DNA of 64,000 nucleotides from Piromyces finnis finn (lineage: Eukaryota > Fungi > Neocallimastigomycota), in the NCBI GenBank assembly GCA_002104945.1, contig MCFH01000032.1, forward strand, positions 541,915 through 605,914, read 5' to 3'. Of this stretch, positions 10,367 to 23,829 are shown piece after piece; the stretch's first letter is position 1, and the number at the start of each line of letters is the position of its first letter. A program made the position numbers and the translations under genes. The notes beneath the pieces are model-generated. The model saw only the letters and a list, made by a program, of their open reading frames with translations. It did not search any database and was not told the origin of the DNA.

Positions 10367-12717
10367 TTAAAATAATATTAATAAGTCAATAATTCTCTAA
10401 AAATAACTTTTACACCATTTACAAAATATTTTTATAACAACTAAATTTCGAAATTTAACTCATCACAAAATTTTGAAATTTCAACATTTCAAAAATTTTT
10501 ACACCGAATATTTTTCAATTATCATATTAAAACTTTATTATTTTTTATTTTTATTTTCATATTCAAAATCTGCAGTATCAATTTTATTATTAAAATTTTA
10601 CCTACAAGAAAATTTTTCAAAAAGTGAAATTTCAAAAATCTCACAATGGCCAAGTGACCTTTTGAAATTATTACTTCCTCTCGAAAAAATTTTTTTAAAA
10701 TCAAAAATTTTTACTTTTCGCTCCAGTTCATAGAATTCGTCTGGAATACGAATTCCTAGGGAGGGCGTTGTGAAGATATTAACTGGATTTAAAACAAATT
10801 CAGATAATATCTATAATTAATTAAACATAATAATTATAATTAAATAATTTCAATAATTATTTTAAAACACTTTTAAAAGTCACCTTTTAAATTTTGATTC
10901 AGTGAAAGGGTTATGATTTCAAAAATTTAATATCAATATACTATAACCCTTAACCAAAAATAAGCAAGTACGAAATAAGGTGTAACTCGCCAAAAACGAT
11001 CGCTACGGCTGTAAGTGCTACGGTGATGAAACTAGGTTTATTGGAAAGCTTAGGAAGAAAGCTACAATTTGGTACAATCGCGGTCCTTCTAACTGATCAT
11101 TTAAGGAAGTTATGATCATTTAAAGATTTTATTAGGTAAATTAAAATCAATATGATATCAAGTATGGATCATAAATATTTCTTATGACTTGATGAAATTA
11201 AAAATATATCAATAGGAATTTTAGTTATATTAATTTAATTAATGATAACGATTGTTACTAAAAATAGAACTAGACCCATTTAGGTGTAACAGTTAATACC
11301 TATAAATTAAATAATCTTAATTATTATAAAATAGGTTAACGGCAAGTTTTATTAGAAATAATTTTGAAAATAATAATTATTTAGTTATAACAAATATGTT
11401 ATGGTAATATCAATTAATAATGATGAATTATTAATTGAATAGTTTTTATAATTACTAATTAGGATCAACTGTTTAAATGATTAATCATATGTTTATTTTA
11501 TTTTATGTCATGACAAACAAACAAACAAACAAACAAACAATCTTATTACTTATTTAATTATATTACTAATATATTATATGTAATACTTTATTCTTATTAA
11601 TATCAATTTAATAATCTGAACAAAGAATATAAAAGAGAATGAATTGAATTCGATTTTAATTCTTTGTAAAGATTATAGTTATAATCTTAATTATATAGTT
11701 ACTTATAATATCATTTATATTATTATTAAATAAATAAAAAATTTATAAAAAGTTATTTTAAAGTAAATATAAATTTTTCATTTTTCATTTGGGAGTTTAA
11801 GGTGTTATTTTATAATTAAATTTAATTTCTTAAAAAACATTTTTACTATATAATTAATAACATTCTGACCTGGCCGCATAACCAAACCCAAAAACTTAAC
11901 AATTAACCTTCAACTATTTATATTCCTTACTAGTGTTTAACTCTATTTTTAAAATATAAAAATTATAATATATAATTTTTATACATTTTTCTAGTAATTA
12001 TTAATATTTTTATTATATAGTTATATTATTTGTATATAGTTATTTAAGACCTTTATTATTAGTATTAGTATAATTACTTATAATATTTTATACTTATAAA
12101 TTTTATAAAATTTTATTATTAAAATAGTTATAGGTATTTTATTATTATTTAAGGTTTATTTTATTAATTAACTTTATTGTATAATATTTTATAATTTGAA
12201 ATTATGACATAGAATTTAATTATAATTTTTACTAAAAGAGGCAACTGTTACACACAAAACAGAAGATACCTCGACAGAAAAATTATTATTTATGTCTAAA
12301 AAAGGGCATAATTAATTGAATAATATAATTTTATTATATGTCATAATTAAATATATAATATATGATATGCAAAAATGTTACACATATCATAAATTAAAAT
12401 TTTATTAATTATAAATTAAAAATTTTTCTATTCAAATATTAAGAGATTATTCATAATATATATTAAGGATTTAATTAATATATGTTACAGTGAATGATCC
12501 ATATATTATAAATGAAATCAATTTAAATCCTTAGCTATCCAAAACCATTAAATTTCAAATAATGGATAGTTGGAAAAAGTACGAGGATTTTTGAGAAAAT
12601 TTTTAAAAATTGAAAAATCAAAAATAAATTAAATGAATAAAAATTAAAATTAAATAAATTTTTATTTTTATAACTATTCAAGTGTTTTGTGATATCTTAT
12701 TTGAACCGTAGCAGATT

Positions 12718-13268
12718 TGATACGTTACCTCTATAAAAATAAGAAATTAGCATAAATTCTAGGTAAAAAGTAATTTAGGTTAGAAAATAGTAATAATATA
12801 ATATTGTAGAATAAATTATTAATGTACATTAATGTACATAGTCAATAATAGTAATAATAATTCTAATAATATAGCGGAGTTATAGGAAAAATGATATAAA
12901 AATAGTATAAAAAGAACAAAGAGAAAAAAAAAAAAAGGAATAATTAGTTTGGAAGAATATTTTGGAAGAGAATTATTTAAAGGAGTTAAATAATTCTATT
13001 AGGTTATATTATTTGTTCTTAAATATAAATTATTCTTATTCTTTTAATTGTAAAAAACCTTTCATTCATTAATTATAAATAAAGATTGAAGATATAACAA
13101 AAATATTATATAAATTACATGTTTCTTTCTTTCTATTTTACTTATTAAAAGTATTGAAATTGTTATTATTAATTTCCTTTATTAGAATATATTATTTTAT
13201 AATTCCCTATTTGCTTTGTCCTAAAATAAATAAATTATTTTGTGGTACTTTATGAAAATATTGTATCA
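12718..13268. mobile_element. Solo LTR-like element G1 (551 bp)
   Basis: Begins TGATACGTTA and ends GTATCA. Flanked by GATT (12714-17) and GAT (13269-71). Shares its first 10 nt with G2 at 22148. Confidence 0.7.
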
Positions 13269-13271
13269 GAT

Positions 13272-14026
<755 letters not shown>

Positions 14027-15101
14027 GATTTGATAAAGAATGAAATTTATAAATAATGAATTAATAGAATAGCTGATTTTAAAATTATATAAACTTAATA
14101 TAAATTAAAATAATAGTAAATAATCAAAATAATATAAAATATAAATGTTTAATTAAATTTTAAAAATGTAAAATAGAAACAACTTTTGTTTATAAACAAA
14201 CTTAAATGTAATTATTTATTATAAATAGAAATAGAAAATATTATTTTTAAAGATTGTTACTAATTAGCCAGGAAAATTAGAATATTTTAAAATTATAATA
14301 AATTAATATATTTTTTTTTTATAATACATAGCGAGATGTATTATACATTTATTTTTGTAAAGAAATGTGTCTTTAACAATAAAACAAATTATAATATTTA
14401 CTAAATAACTTAGTAATATTAACACTTTAAAATATTCTGTAAATTATTAATTTATAAAAATATCATTAAAAACACATAGAATTTAACTTAATAAGTTAGT
14501 GTTTAATAATATAATTATTTATTAATAAAATCTCGATTCTTTAAAATATTTGGGAAAATTCACTCGTATTTATACTAAAAATTTTTTAAATTAATTTATA
14601 AAATTTTTTCAACTTAAAATTCTTAACCAATCAATAATCTTCATATAAAATAAAATTTAAAAATAAAATAAAATAAAATAAAATTATAATTTTTTTAAAA
14701 TAGTATCTATGAGGTCTCGAACTAGTGTCATTCAGAACCAAAGTCTTAGCTACTAACCACTAAGACAATTTAGTTATTTCTAGTATTCGTTACATGGTCC
14801 TCCTCCAGGATTCGGATACCAGACGAATCTAGAATTTTAATATTTAAATATATGTTTTTCTTTTTTAATAAACTAAACTAAGGAGTGAATTTTCTTAATT
14901 ATAAAAATACATTTAATATAATAAAATACATTTTTTTTTTAATATTACTAAAGTTAAAAATAAAATATTGATAAATTTGATATTAATAAATTGTTTAATA
15001 ATAAAATTGATATTGATAATGATATTAATAAGTTTTGATAATAATAATAATTGTGATTTTAATATTAATAATAAATATAATTTGAATTTTTTAACTATTT
15101 T

Positions 15102-18100
15102 TTATTTCTTTCTATTAAATTTTTTAAGTAGCCCCTTGCAATTTAGATTTTCTTCAGGCTCCCACGAAGCTTCATTGATTGAATACCCTTTCCATTTAAT
15201 CAGGTATTGTATTTTTCCGTAATGTCTTCTTTTATCCAGAATTTCTTCAACTTCGTATTCTTCTTCATTGTCAACGGTAATAGGTGGCGGTGGTGGTTGA
15301 GATCTTCCAAATTTATCTTCGACATATTTCTCAAGATTGGATACATGAATAACTGGATGAATCTTAATAGATTTTGGGAGACTTAATTTAAATGTAACAT
15401 TTGATATTTTTTCCAAGATTTTGTATGGGCCGAGTTTTCTTGGCTTAAATTTTTTATTTCCTTTGTGGATAATTAAAGAACTATCCAGCCAAACTTTGTC
15501 ACCAACTTTAAAATTCGGAGCTTCTTTTCTACGTTTGTCAGCATGCTTCTTCTGGGTTTCCATGGCAGATTTTAAATTTTCTTTTAAGGTATTAATTAAA
15601 GTTTTAAAATCTCTTGTAAACTCTTCTGCTCTTGGGACTTTAGATAAGTCTGGAATAACTGGTGAATATTTTGGATGAAAGCCGTAATTCAAAAAGAATG
15701 GAGAAAATTTGGATGATTCTTGGACCACGTTGTTATAACTAAATTCTGCAAGACTAAGAAAACTTTTCCAATTTGAACCTTTATAATTTGAGAAACATCT
15801 TAAATATTGTTCTATAACGGAGTTCACCCTCTCCGTCTGACCGTTTGATTGATGATGAAATGGAGTAGACAACTTAAGTTCAATGCCAAGGGAGGAACAG
15901 ATGGATTGGAAGAATTTAGAGGTAAATTGAGAACCTCTATCCGAGACAATAGATTCAGGTAGGCCATGAAGACGGAAAATATTATCAATAAAGGCTGTGG
16001 CTGTTTCGGCGGCGGAAGGAATACTTTTGAACGGAATGAGATGAACCATTTTTGTAAGACGATCAACAACAACAAGAATGCAAGTGAAACCAGAAGATGA
16101 AGGCAAATCTGTAATGAAATCCATTGAAATGGATGACCAAGGACGCTCAGCAATATCAAGAGGATTCAGAAGACCATAAGGTTTATGACGAAAGGTTTTT
16201 GAACGACAACAAACTTCACAAGAACGAACGTAGTCTTTAACATCAGAAGAAATAGAAGGCCACCAGAAGTCTCTAGCAATAAGAGAAGATGTTTTCTTTA
16301 TTCCGAAATGACCAGCTGAAGGAGAGTCGTGACAGAGTTTAAGAATTGAAAGACGACAATTTGGAGGAACATAGATTCTGTCAGTAAAAAGGAGAAAACT
16401 ATTGCTTAAGGAAAATTTGTCAATTTGAGGGTGAGGTATTGGAGGTTTCCTACAATCAAGATATTCACAGATTTTATTGTAAAAGTCATCATTTATATAT
16501 TCGGAAAGAAAAGAATCACTAATGGACGAAACAGAAGTCACAATGGCACAAAAGTTTTCAGGGCGAAGAACATTAAAAGGAACATCAGAAGAGGAATTCG
16601 AATTGATAGCATAATCAGGACGACGAGATAGAGCATCAGGCTTACCGTTAGAAGAACCAGAACGATAAATAATAACAAAGTTAAATTCAGAGAGAAACAA
16701 AGCCCAGCGAACAAGACGTTGAGACATTTTTTCAGGTTTCTTTTGATAGAGTAAATTTCGATGATCCGAGTAAATCTTAAAAGTAGAAGAAGAGCCTTTA
16801 AGTAGATGACGCCATGTTTCAAGAGCAGCAACGATAGCTAAGAGCTCTTTATCATATATTGGATAATTACGTTCAGGACCAGTAAGAGAGCGAGAAAAGA
16901 AAGCAACTGGATGGGTCATATTATCAATTGGAGAGACTTGCGAGAGAATAGCACCAATGGCAAAGTTACTTGAATCAGTTTCGACTATGAATGGAAGTTC
17001 ACGATTAGGAAATATAAGAACAGGAGCAGAAACAAATAAGGACTTGAGTGAATCGAAAGCATCTTGAGCTTCTTTAGACCATACAAATTTAACATTTTTC
17101 TTCAAAAGTTTATGCAAAGGATGAGCGATCTTTGCAAAATTTGGAATAAATCGACGGTAGTAGTTCGCAAGACCAAGAAAAGATTGAACCTCTTTAACAT
17201 TAGATGGAGTAGGCCAGTTTAAAATAGAAGAAACTTTATTTGGGTCCATGTGAATACCATCAGTAGAAATCCTATGACCAAGGAAATCAATAAAAGAAAC
17301 AAAAAACTCGCATTTTTCCAATTTAGCATAGAGCCCAGCATCCCTCAGGAGTTTCAAAACAGTTTTGACATGAGAAATATGAGATTTATAATCCGAGGAA
17401 AAAATAATAATATCATCTATGTAAGAGAAAGCGAATTTACCAAGAACGTCTTCAAGAACATCATTAATGAAATGTTGAAAAACAGCAGGTGCATTTTTCA
17501 ACCCAAAAGGCATCACACAGTATTCAAAATGACCTAACTTGCAAGTAAAAGCGGTTTTATATTCATCACCACTTTTAATCCTGACCAAGTTATAGGCAGA
17601 ACGAAGATCCAATTTTGAGAAAATCTTCCCTTTTCCAAGATGTTCAAGCATATCTTGTATAAGAGGAAGGGGATAAGAATCACGAATAGTTATGGAGTTT
17701 AATTGGCGATAGTCAACACACATACGAAGTTGACCGTTTTTCTTAGGTACAAACAGAATAGGAGCTCCCGCAGGCGATTTTGATTTTCTAATAAATCCTT
17801 TCTTGAGATTTTCTTTTATATATTCTTCTAAAGCAATTGATTCGGTTTCTGTTAGAGGATAAATCGGTCCATAAAACAATTTTGAATTTTCTTTGAGTTT
17901 TATTTCACAATCGTATGGACGGTGTGGAGGAAGTTTTTCAGCATTAGATTCATTGAAGACATCAGCAAAGTCAGAGAGAACATCCGGAAGTATAATAGAA
18001 GAATTGGGTTCTGATTTAGAGTTTGAATCGGATTTGAGAATAGAATTGGAATGAATATTAGAATCAGAAAAAGAAGTCAAAACAGAAGTTGGTTCTTGAT

Positions 18101-19544
18101 TTGAGAGAGACGAAGTAGAAAAGTTAACAGAAGACTTCTTAGAAACAGAATTGTTAATATTTTTTGAAGAACCCGAACAGAGAATAGTACAAGTACGATT
18201 AGTTTCGTTTTGAGATTGGATGTTTTGTTTATCGACAAATATAGGGTAAGCGAATGAATCATGCGGAGGTTCGTAGGAAGGATCTTCCATTGCAGGAAAA
18301 GCAGATCTTTCTTCAGGAAATTCAGAGACATTATTGGAGAGTGTTATACAACGATTATAACAGTAATCGGATACAAATGAAATTTTGTTCTTTGTGAAAT
18401 CGATAGAAGGATTGTGTTCTTTAAGCCAGTCTATTCCAAGAATACAAGGATAATAAGGTAGATCAGTTACATAGAATTGTGTTCGACAGAGATGATCTTT
18501 GTAGCGAAGATTCAAAGGAGATGTAATTCCAAAAAGAGATTGTCGACCACCGATACCAACGATATTTGGGAGGTTACCATCATCATGATAAGGAATGTTA
18601 TTATCGTTACAGTAATCTACATCAATTAAATTAAGTTTGGATCCTGAGTCAATAAGAATATCCGTATTTAGTTCATAAGAAAGTTTAAATTTAGTTGTCA
18701 TTTTATTATGAGTTTTGTTTTCTTCTTTAGGAGCGGATATAAGTGTGGGAATAGATATTAGTGAAGGATTTTCACGATCTTTATTCTTTCTTTTTGGACA
18801 ATTATTAATCTTATGACTTGAAGCACCACAATACACACAAAGATTTTCTTTCTTTCTTCTTTCCTTTTCTTCGTTTGAGATAGGGCCATGGTTATTCCTG
18901 TTTGTAATGGACTTTGTTATTTTTGAAGAGTGATGAAAAGATCTTTTCTTTCGGTTTTGGTCATTGTTTGAACCAGAAGGGAAAAAGGTATGGTGTGTAG
19001 ATAATCTTGAATCGATTCTTGAAGCAATAGTCTGTAATGAAAGAAGATCCCTAGGACCCGGAAACATTTCCAAAATACGAACTGCAACTTGTTGATTAAG
19101 GCCAGCTATAAATGCATCCATTTTGGCTTGTTCATTCCAGTTTGATTCATCAGCATAGCGGTTAAATTCCAAGATATAGCCTCTAATTCCTCCTAATCGG
19201 CGTTGTTTTAAGGTTCTAAGCATTTGATTTGCAACATAGGTAGCATCGTTATAACCATAAAAAGCCTTAAATCTGTCAACAAAAGCTTGGTAGTTATTAA
19301 GACACGGATCATGGTTGTTTATAAGAGTAGCAGCCCAATTCATAGCGTCCCCATAAAGTCTTGATATTATATAGAGAATTTTGGTTGCGTCGTCTTGATA
19401 CCGTTCAGGATATAGCATAAACACTAGCTCCACCTTAGCTAAGAAACCCTTCAGATACCTGCGATCCCCTGCAAAACCATCCTTAAGAGTTGCGTTTTCG
19501 AAAATATTATTATTATCCATGTGGTTGTTTTCGTTCTCTTCCAT
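15102..19544 (-). CDS. gag-pol: Element C Gag-Pol polyprotein with canonical chromodomain (1480 aa)
   Basis: CCHC knuckle [14 protein letters not shown], protease LIDSGS, RT YIDD, RNase H ETDSS, integrase, and chromodomain [10 protein letters not shown]...YLIKWKGY...SWEPEENL. Confidence 0.97.
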   Translation of the reverse strand: MEENENNHMDNNNIFENATLKDGFAGDRRYLKGFLAKVELVFMLYPERYQDDATKILYIISRLYGDAMNWAATLINNHDPCLNNYQAFVDRFKAFYGYNDATYVANQMLRTLKQRRLGGIRGYILEFNRYADESNWNEQAKMDAFIAGLNQQVAVRILEMFPGPRDLLSLQTIASRIDSRLSTHHTFFPSGSNNDQNRKKRSFHHSSKITKSITNRNNHGPISNEEKERRKKENLCVYCGASSHKINNCPKRKNKDRENPSLISIPTLISAPKEENKTHNKMTTKFKLSYELNTDILIDSGSKLNLIDVDYCNDNNIPYHDDGNLPNIVGIGGRQSLFGITSPLNLRYKDHLCRTQFYVTDLPYYPCILGIDWLKEHNPSIDFTKNKISFVSDYCYNRCITLSNNVSEFPEERSAFPAMEDPSYEPPHDSFAYPIFVDKQNIQSQNETNRTCTILCSGSSKNINNSVSKKSSVNFSTSSLSNQEPTSVLTSFSDSNIHSNSILKSDSNSKSEPNSSIILPDVLSDFADVFNESNAEKLPPHRPYDCEIKLKENSKLFYGPIYPLTETESIALEEYIKENLKKGFIRKSKSPAGAPILFVPKKNGQLRMCVDYRQLNSITIRDSYPLPLIQDMLEHLGKGKIFSKLDLRSAYNLVRIKSGDEYKTAFTCKLGHFEYCVMPFGLKNAPAVFQHFINDVLEDVLGKFAFSYIDDIIIFSSDYKSHISHVKTVLKLLRDAGLYAKLEKCEFFVSFIDFLGHRISTDGIHMDPNKVSSILNWPTPSNVKEVQSFLGLANYYRRFIPNFAKIAHPLHKLLKKNVKFVWSKEAQDAFDSLKSLFVSAPVLIFPNRELPFIVETDSSNFAIGAILSQVSPIDNMTHPVAFFSRSLTGPERNYPIYDKELLAIVAALETWRHLLKGSSSTFKIYSDHRNLLYQKKPEKMSQRLVRWALFLSEFNFVIIYRSGSSNGKPDALSRRPDYAINSNSSSDVPFNVLRPENFCAIVTSVSSISDSFLSEYINDDFYNKICEYLDCRKPPIPHPQIDKFSLSNSFLLFTDRIYVPPNCRLSILKLCHDSPSAGHFGIKKTSSLIARDFWWPSISSDVKDYVRSCEVCCRSKTFRHKPYGLLNPLDIAERPWSSISMDFITDLPSSSGFTCILVVVDRLTKMVHLIPFKSIPSAAETATAFIDNIFRLHGLPESIVSDRGSQFTSKFFQSICSSLGIELKLSTPFHHQSNGQTERVNSVIEQYLRCFSNYKGSNWKSFLSLAEFSYNNVVQESSKFSPFFLNYGFHPKYSPVIPDLSKVPRAEEFTRDFKTLINTLKENLKSAMETQKKHADKRRKEAPNFKVGDKVWLDSSLIIHKGNKKFKPRKLGPYKILEKISNVTFKLSLPKSIKIHPVIHVSNLEKYVEDKFGRSQPPPPPITVDNEEEYEVEEILDKRRHYGKIQYLIKWKGYSINEASWEPEENLNCKGLLKKFNRKK

Positions 19545-20426
19545 AGTACTTATGATGTTTTCTTTAATAAGCTTTAATAAATTTGTAAAAATAATAGAAT
19601 AAAGTATTTAATTATATTTATTAATTGAGTAAATCTTTTTATTAAATAATAATATAAACCAGATTATATAGTGTTAAACCATCAAATATATAACCTGTTT
19701 TATTCTTTATAATAAGTCCTTCGTAGCTCTTCACGATAACACGTATAAAGTCGATTGTTAATATTAATTAAATTAATAAAAGAAAGGAACGGTGTAAAAA
19801 TTTTTTTTTAGTGTCTAACTTATTGTTAGCAATAAAAATTATTACAGGTTTTCTTTCCCTATATCAACCTTATCCGAACGTAGAAGTATTATGTATAAGA
19901 GTTTAACTTCTCACGCTAAAGGAGTTATAAAGAATATTATTTTATATTATTACAATTTTAATAAATTGTCTTAACAATTAATAATTATAATTAAAAATTA
20001 GAAATTGTTTTATTAGAAAACTTAATTTTAAAATGTATTAATTAAGAAATATTATTTTATTAAAGTAAGGCATTTCCGGCTATTTTCCGGTCTATAATCA
20101 AACAGCAAAAGATAGTATACAACTATAAATCTCACGCCAGCTTGCTTATTACAGCGTCTTGTACGTGGTGTACCTCGGATTCTCCTACTTCCTTATTCAA
20201 AGTAGAATAGCTCAGAGCCTGCCAACCCAATTATTGTACAGGTTAAACTCGATCCCGTTAATCTTTTACTTTTTATAGTTTGAATTATATACCGCTTCTA
20301 AAGCGTACTAATTCTACTACTTTAAGTAAAAATATTTCTTTAAAGAAAAGCTTCAACAATAAAACTTAAAAGTTTTATCTATAACAATTCCTTAAACACT
20401 AAGGTATTAAGCTTTTATATTATAAG

Positions 20427-20437
20427 GAGATTTTATT
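20427..20437 (-). other. Self-priming PBS of element C
   Basis: Minus-strand AATAAAATCTC is complementary to GAGATTTTATT inside the LTR (20605-20615). TATAAATA lies about 40 nt upstream of that site. Confidence 0.75.
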
Positions 20438-21053
20438 GTAAAGAAATGTGTCTTTAACAATAAAACAAATTATAATATTTACTAAATAACTTAGTAATAT
20501 TAACACTTTAAAATATTCTGTAAATTATTAATTTATAAAAATATCATTAAAAACACATAGAATTTAACTTAATAAGTTAGTGTTTAATAATATAATTATT
20601 TATTAATAAAATCTCGATTCTTTAAAATATTTGGGAAAATTCACTCGTATTTATACTAAAAATTTTTTAAATTAATTTATAAAATTTTTTCAACTTAAAA
20701 TTCTTAACCAATCAATAATCTTCATATAAAATAAAATTTAAAAATAAAATAAAATAAAATAAAATTATAATTTTTTTAAAATAGTATCTATGAGGTCTCG
20801 AACTAGTGTCATTCAGAACCAAAGTCTTAGCTACTAACCACTAAGACAATTTAGTTATTTCTAGTATTCGTTACAATTTTAAATAAATAAACTAATATTA
20901 TAAAACAAGATGTATTTTTAAAACTTTAAATTATATTTAATAATTATATACTTGTAGAATGTTCAAGTAAAAATAAGTCATTCAAATACACACCAAATAT
21001 ACCACTTTCTAAGCTTATTTAGAATTAAGGTATATTTGAACGTGTGTCAGATT

Positions 21054-21108
21054 AATAAATAATGAAATTAATAAATATATAATTATTATTATACCTGATT
21101 TTTAAGTT
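21054..21108 (+). repeat. 55-bp flank duplicated in inverted orientation at 25086..25140
   Basis: 54/55 identity to the reverse complement of 25086..25140. Each copy directly abuts the last 4-bp TSD of an insertion stack. Confidence 0.9.
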
Positions 21109-21649
21109 TTTTTTTTTTTTTTTAACTTCCGAGTGCATTTCTCCCATCGATCAGAGTTAGCTCCAATGGTGGTTCTTAGAGAAACGTTGGCTCATTCCTA
21201 TTGCTAGGTGGTTGTGACCCTCCTGGTCTGTCATACTGTTTCTTCAGCTTCGACGCTCACTTAATCCATGTACATTAGATGCATGTCGTTGTACGATATT
21301 TCACAACTACAATGCTAAGCCTCTTATAGTCAATTTGATCACGTGTCAACCGCCCCCTAATGTTTACACTTAAATTGATTAAGGAATATTATGTGTTTTT
21401 GGCATAGCCTAAGTCACCACTTATTAAGTTCTAATTTGGAATGTACCATGTACACTAGACCCTCTCAGGCCGGCTAGACGAGTGTTATTATCATAGTAGT
21501 AAATTAGAAAGTTCATTTATACTTACCTGAATATCATAACCCAACCCATGGCAAACCCAGTGGGAAAATCCACAGGCACTGACATCTGCGGGGTCGAACC
21601 AGAAGCCTTATGTATGCTAAGGAAACGCCTTAACAACCAGGATAAAAAC
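21107..21649 (-). mobile_element. tRNA(Ala)-derived SINE-like element with poly(A) tail
   Basis: Minus strand: A-box-like TGGTTGTTAAGG (21628-39), Ala(AGC)-type anticodon loop TTAGCAT (21614-20), B-box GGTTCGACCC (21591-600), a GC-richer non-coding body and an A17 tail (21107-23). No TSD found. Confidence 0.6.
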
Positions 21650-21659
21650 TGGAACGACT

Positions 21660-22092
21660 TTAATTTTCGTCAAGTCATAAGAAATGTCTATGATCCATAC
21701 TTGATATCATATTAATTTTAATTTACTTATTAAAATCTTCAAATGACCATATCTTTCTTAAATGACCAGTTAGAAGGACCGCAATTGTACCAAAATGTAG
21801 CTTTTTCCTTAAGCTTTCTAATAAACCTGGTTTCACAGCCGTAGCACTTACAGCCGTAGCGATCTTTTTGGCGAGTTACGCCTTGTTTCGTGTTTGTTTA
21901 TTTTTGATTAAGGGTTATAGTGTATTGATATTAAATTTTTGAAATCATAACCCTTTCACTGAATCAAAATTTAAAAGGTGACTTTTAAAGGTGTTTTAAA
22001 ATAATCATTGAAATTATTTAATTATAATTATTATGTTTAATTAATTATAGATATTATCTGAATTTGTTTTAAATCCAGTTAATATCTTCACA
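21660..22092 (-). mobile_element. Truncated B-family LTR (first about 430 bp)
   Basis: Reverse complement aligns to 4361..about 4790 with scattered substitutions. Confidence 0.9.
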
Positions 22093-22143
22093 TCGTGTTT
22101 ATTCAGCTAGTTTTTATTATGTTTTTGTGTGAGTAGTATATCA
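22093..22143. mobile_element. Remnant end of an LTR-like element X
   Basis: Ends GTATATCA and is followed by AAAG, the spacer of the third stack. The rest is interrupted by the B-family LTR. Confidence 0.45.
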
Positions 22144-22147
22144 AAAG

Positions 22148-22294
22148 TGATACGTTATAAAATAAAATATCATAATATTATTATTTATTTTGAGGTTGTG
22201 GTAATAAGGAATATTGCTGAAATAATATATTCCAGTTATTAATAATTATGTGATATAGTTATTATGTATTTATTTACTTATTTATTATTATTTA

Positions 22295-22329
<35 letters not shown>

Positions 22330-23743
22330 AACAAAATAAGCCTTTTATTATTATTAAATATTTATCTTTATTAAAATATATTATAATTAGTATTTTTACA
22401 TTTATTTATTATTAATAATACATATTTAAAATAACTATATTTCCTATATAAATATACTACTTATTCACTATTAATATTACTAAACTACTACTAAATTTCT
22501 CATTTTATTATATCTTATTATCTTTGGAACTTAATTACAAAATCAAGAACATCATTTTAATTATTTAATTATTAATTATATTTATATTAGTACATATTAA
22601 ATATTTTTTTTTTTAATTAATTTCATATTAATTAATTTCATTATTAATTAAAGTTATTATTAATTTATTATTATCTTAACCCTTATATGAATTAACTGTT
22701 AAGTTTTTGGATTTGGTTATGCGGCCAGGTCAGAATGTTATCAATTATATAGTAAATATGTTTTTAAGAAATTAAATTTAAATATAAAATAACCCTTTAA
22801 ACTTCCAAATGAAAAATTAATATTTATTCTTTAGAATAACTTTTTTTATAAAATTTTATTTATTTATTAATAATAATATAAATGATAATATATTTAATAA
22901 CTATATAATTAAGATTATAACTATAATCTTTACAAAGAATTAAAATCAAATTCAATTCATTCTATTTTATATTCTTTGTTCAGATTATTAAATTGATAAA
23001 AATAAAGTATTACATGTAATATATTAATAACATAATAAGATTGTTTGTTTGTTTGTTTGTTTGTTTTGTCATGACATAAAATAAAATAAACATATGATTA
23101 ATCATTTAAACACTTGATCCATTAACCTATTTTATAATAATTAAAATTATTTAATTTATAAATGTTAACTGTTACACTTAAATGGTTTAGTTCTATTTTT
23201 AGTAACAGTCATTTTCATTAATTAAATTAATATAATTAAAATTTCTATTGATATCTTTTTAATTTTCGTCAAGTCATAAGAAATGTCTATGATCCATACT
23301 TGATATCATATTAATTTTAATTTACTTATTAAAATCTTCAAATGATCATATCTTCCTTAAATGACCAGTTAGAAGGACCGCGATTATACCAAAATATAGC
23401 TTTTCCCTTAAGCTTTCTAATAAACTTAGTTTCACACCCATAGCACTTACAGCCGTAGCGTTCGTTTTTGGCGAGTTATGCGTAGTTTCGTATTTGTTTA
23501 TTTTTGGCTAAGGGTTATAGTGTATTGATATTAAATTTTTTGAAATCATAACCCTTTCACTGAACCAAAATTTAAAAGGTGACTTTTAAAGGTGTTTTAA
23601 AATAATTATTGGGATTATTTAATTCTAATTATTATGTTTAATTAATTATAGATATTATCTGAATTTGTTTTAAATCCAGTTAATTTCTTCACATTAACCT
23701 GGAATTTCTACCAAAAGTAGTATTTTCTGTTCGTCACGTATCA
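22148..23743. mobile_element. Solo LTR-like element G2, split by a B-family solo LTR
   Basis: TGATACGT...ACGTATCA (8-bp terminal inverted repeat). TSD AAAG at 22144-47 and 23744-47. Confidence 0.75.
22697..23693 (-). mobile_element. B-family solo LTR (997 bp, diverged)
   Basis: Homologous to the B LTR at both termini. TSD TTAAC at 22692-96 and 23694-98. Confidence 0.93.
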
Positions 23744-23748
23744 AAAGG

Positions 23749-23780
23749 TGATAAATAATTAAATTTATAAATTATGAATT

Positions 23781-23829
<49 letters not shown>

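Larger units (their letters stand above)
4361..11901 (+). mobile_element. Full-length chromovirus-type Ty3/Gypsy element B
   Basis: 1133-bp LTRs at 4361..5493 and 10769..11901 (TG...CA, no differences noticed). 5-bp TSD ATTAA at 4356-4360 and 11902-11906. PPT gggagggcgt. Intact gag and pol. Confidence 0.97.
4310..12713 (+). mobile_element. Solo LTR D (E family, about 858 bp), split by nested element B
   Basis: 4310..4360 plus 11907..12713 matches the reverse complement of the E LTR (25824..26682) apart from a few substitutions. Flanked by GATT at 4306-4309 and 12714-12717. Confidence 0.92.
14356..20875 (-). mobile_element. Full-length chromovirus (Ty3/Gypsy) element C
   Basis: 439-bp LTRs at 14356..14794 and 20437..20875. 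TSD ATTTT at 14351-55 and 20876-80. PPT ggaggagga on the minus strand. Single intact gag-pol ORF. Confidence 0.97.
14031..21049. mobile_element. Solo LTR-like element F3 (about 494 bp), split by nested element C
   Basis: TGATAAAGAA (14031)...CGTGTGTCA (21049). Flanked by GATT at 14027-30 and 21050-53. Pieces are 14031..14355 and 20881..21049. Confidence 0.72.

Noticed and set aside
10473-10733. 86-aa ORF in the B 3' UTR as an env-like gene
   Set aside because: It is short, has a non-ATG start, shows no fusion-protein features, and no counterpart was seen in the B2 UTR.
14795-14825. TGGTCCTCCTCC after the left LTR of C, resembling a plus-strand tRNA PBS
   Set aside because: C is on the minus strand. 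This is the complement of its polypurine tract plus the conserved hairpin.
21575-21649. Functional tRNA-Ala gene
   Set aside because: The acceptor, D and anticodon stems do not pair. It is better treated as a degenerate SINE head.
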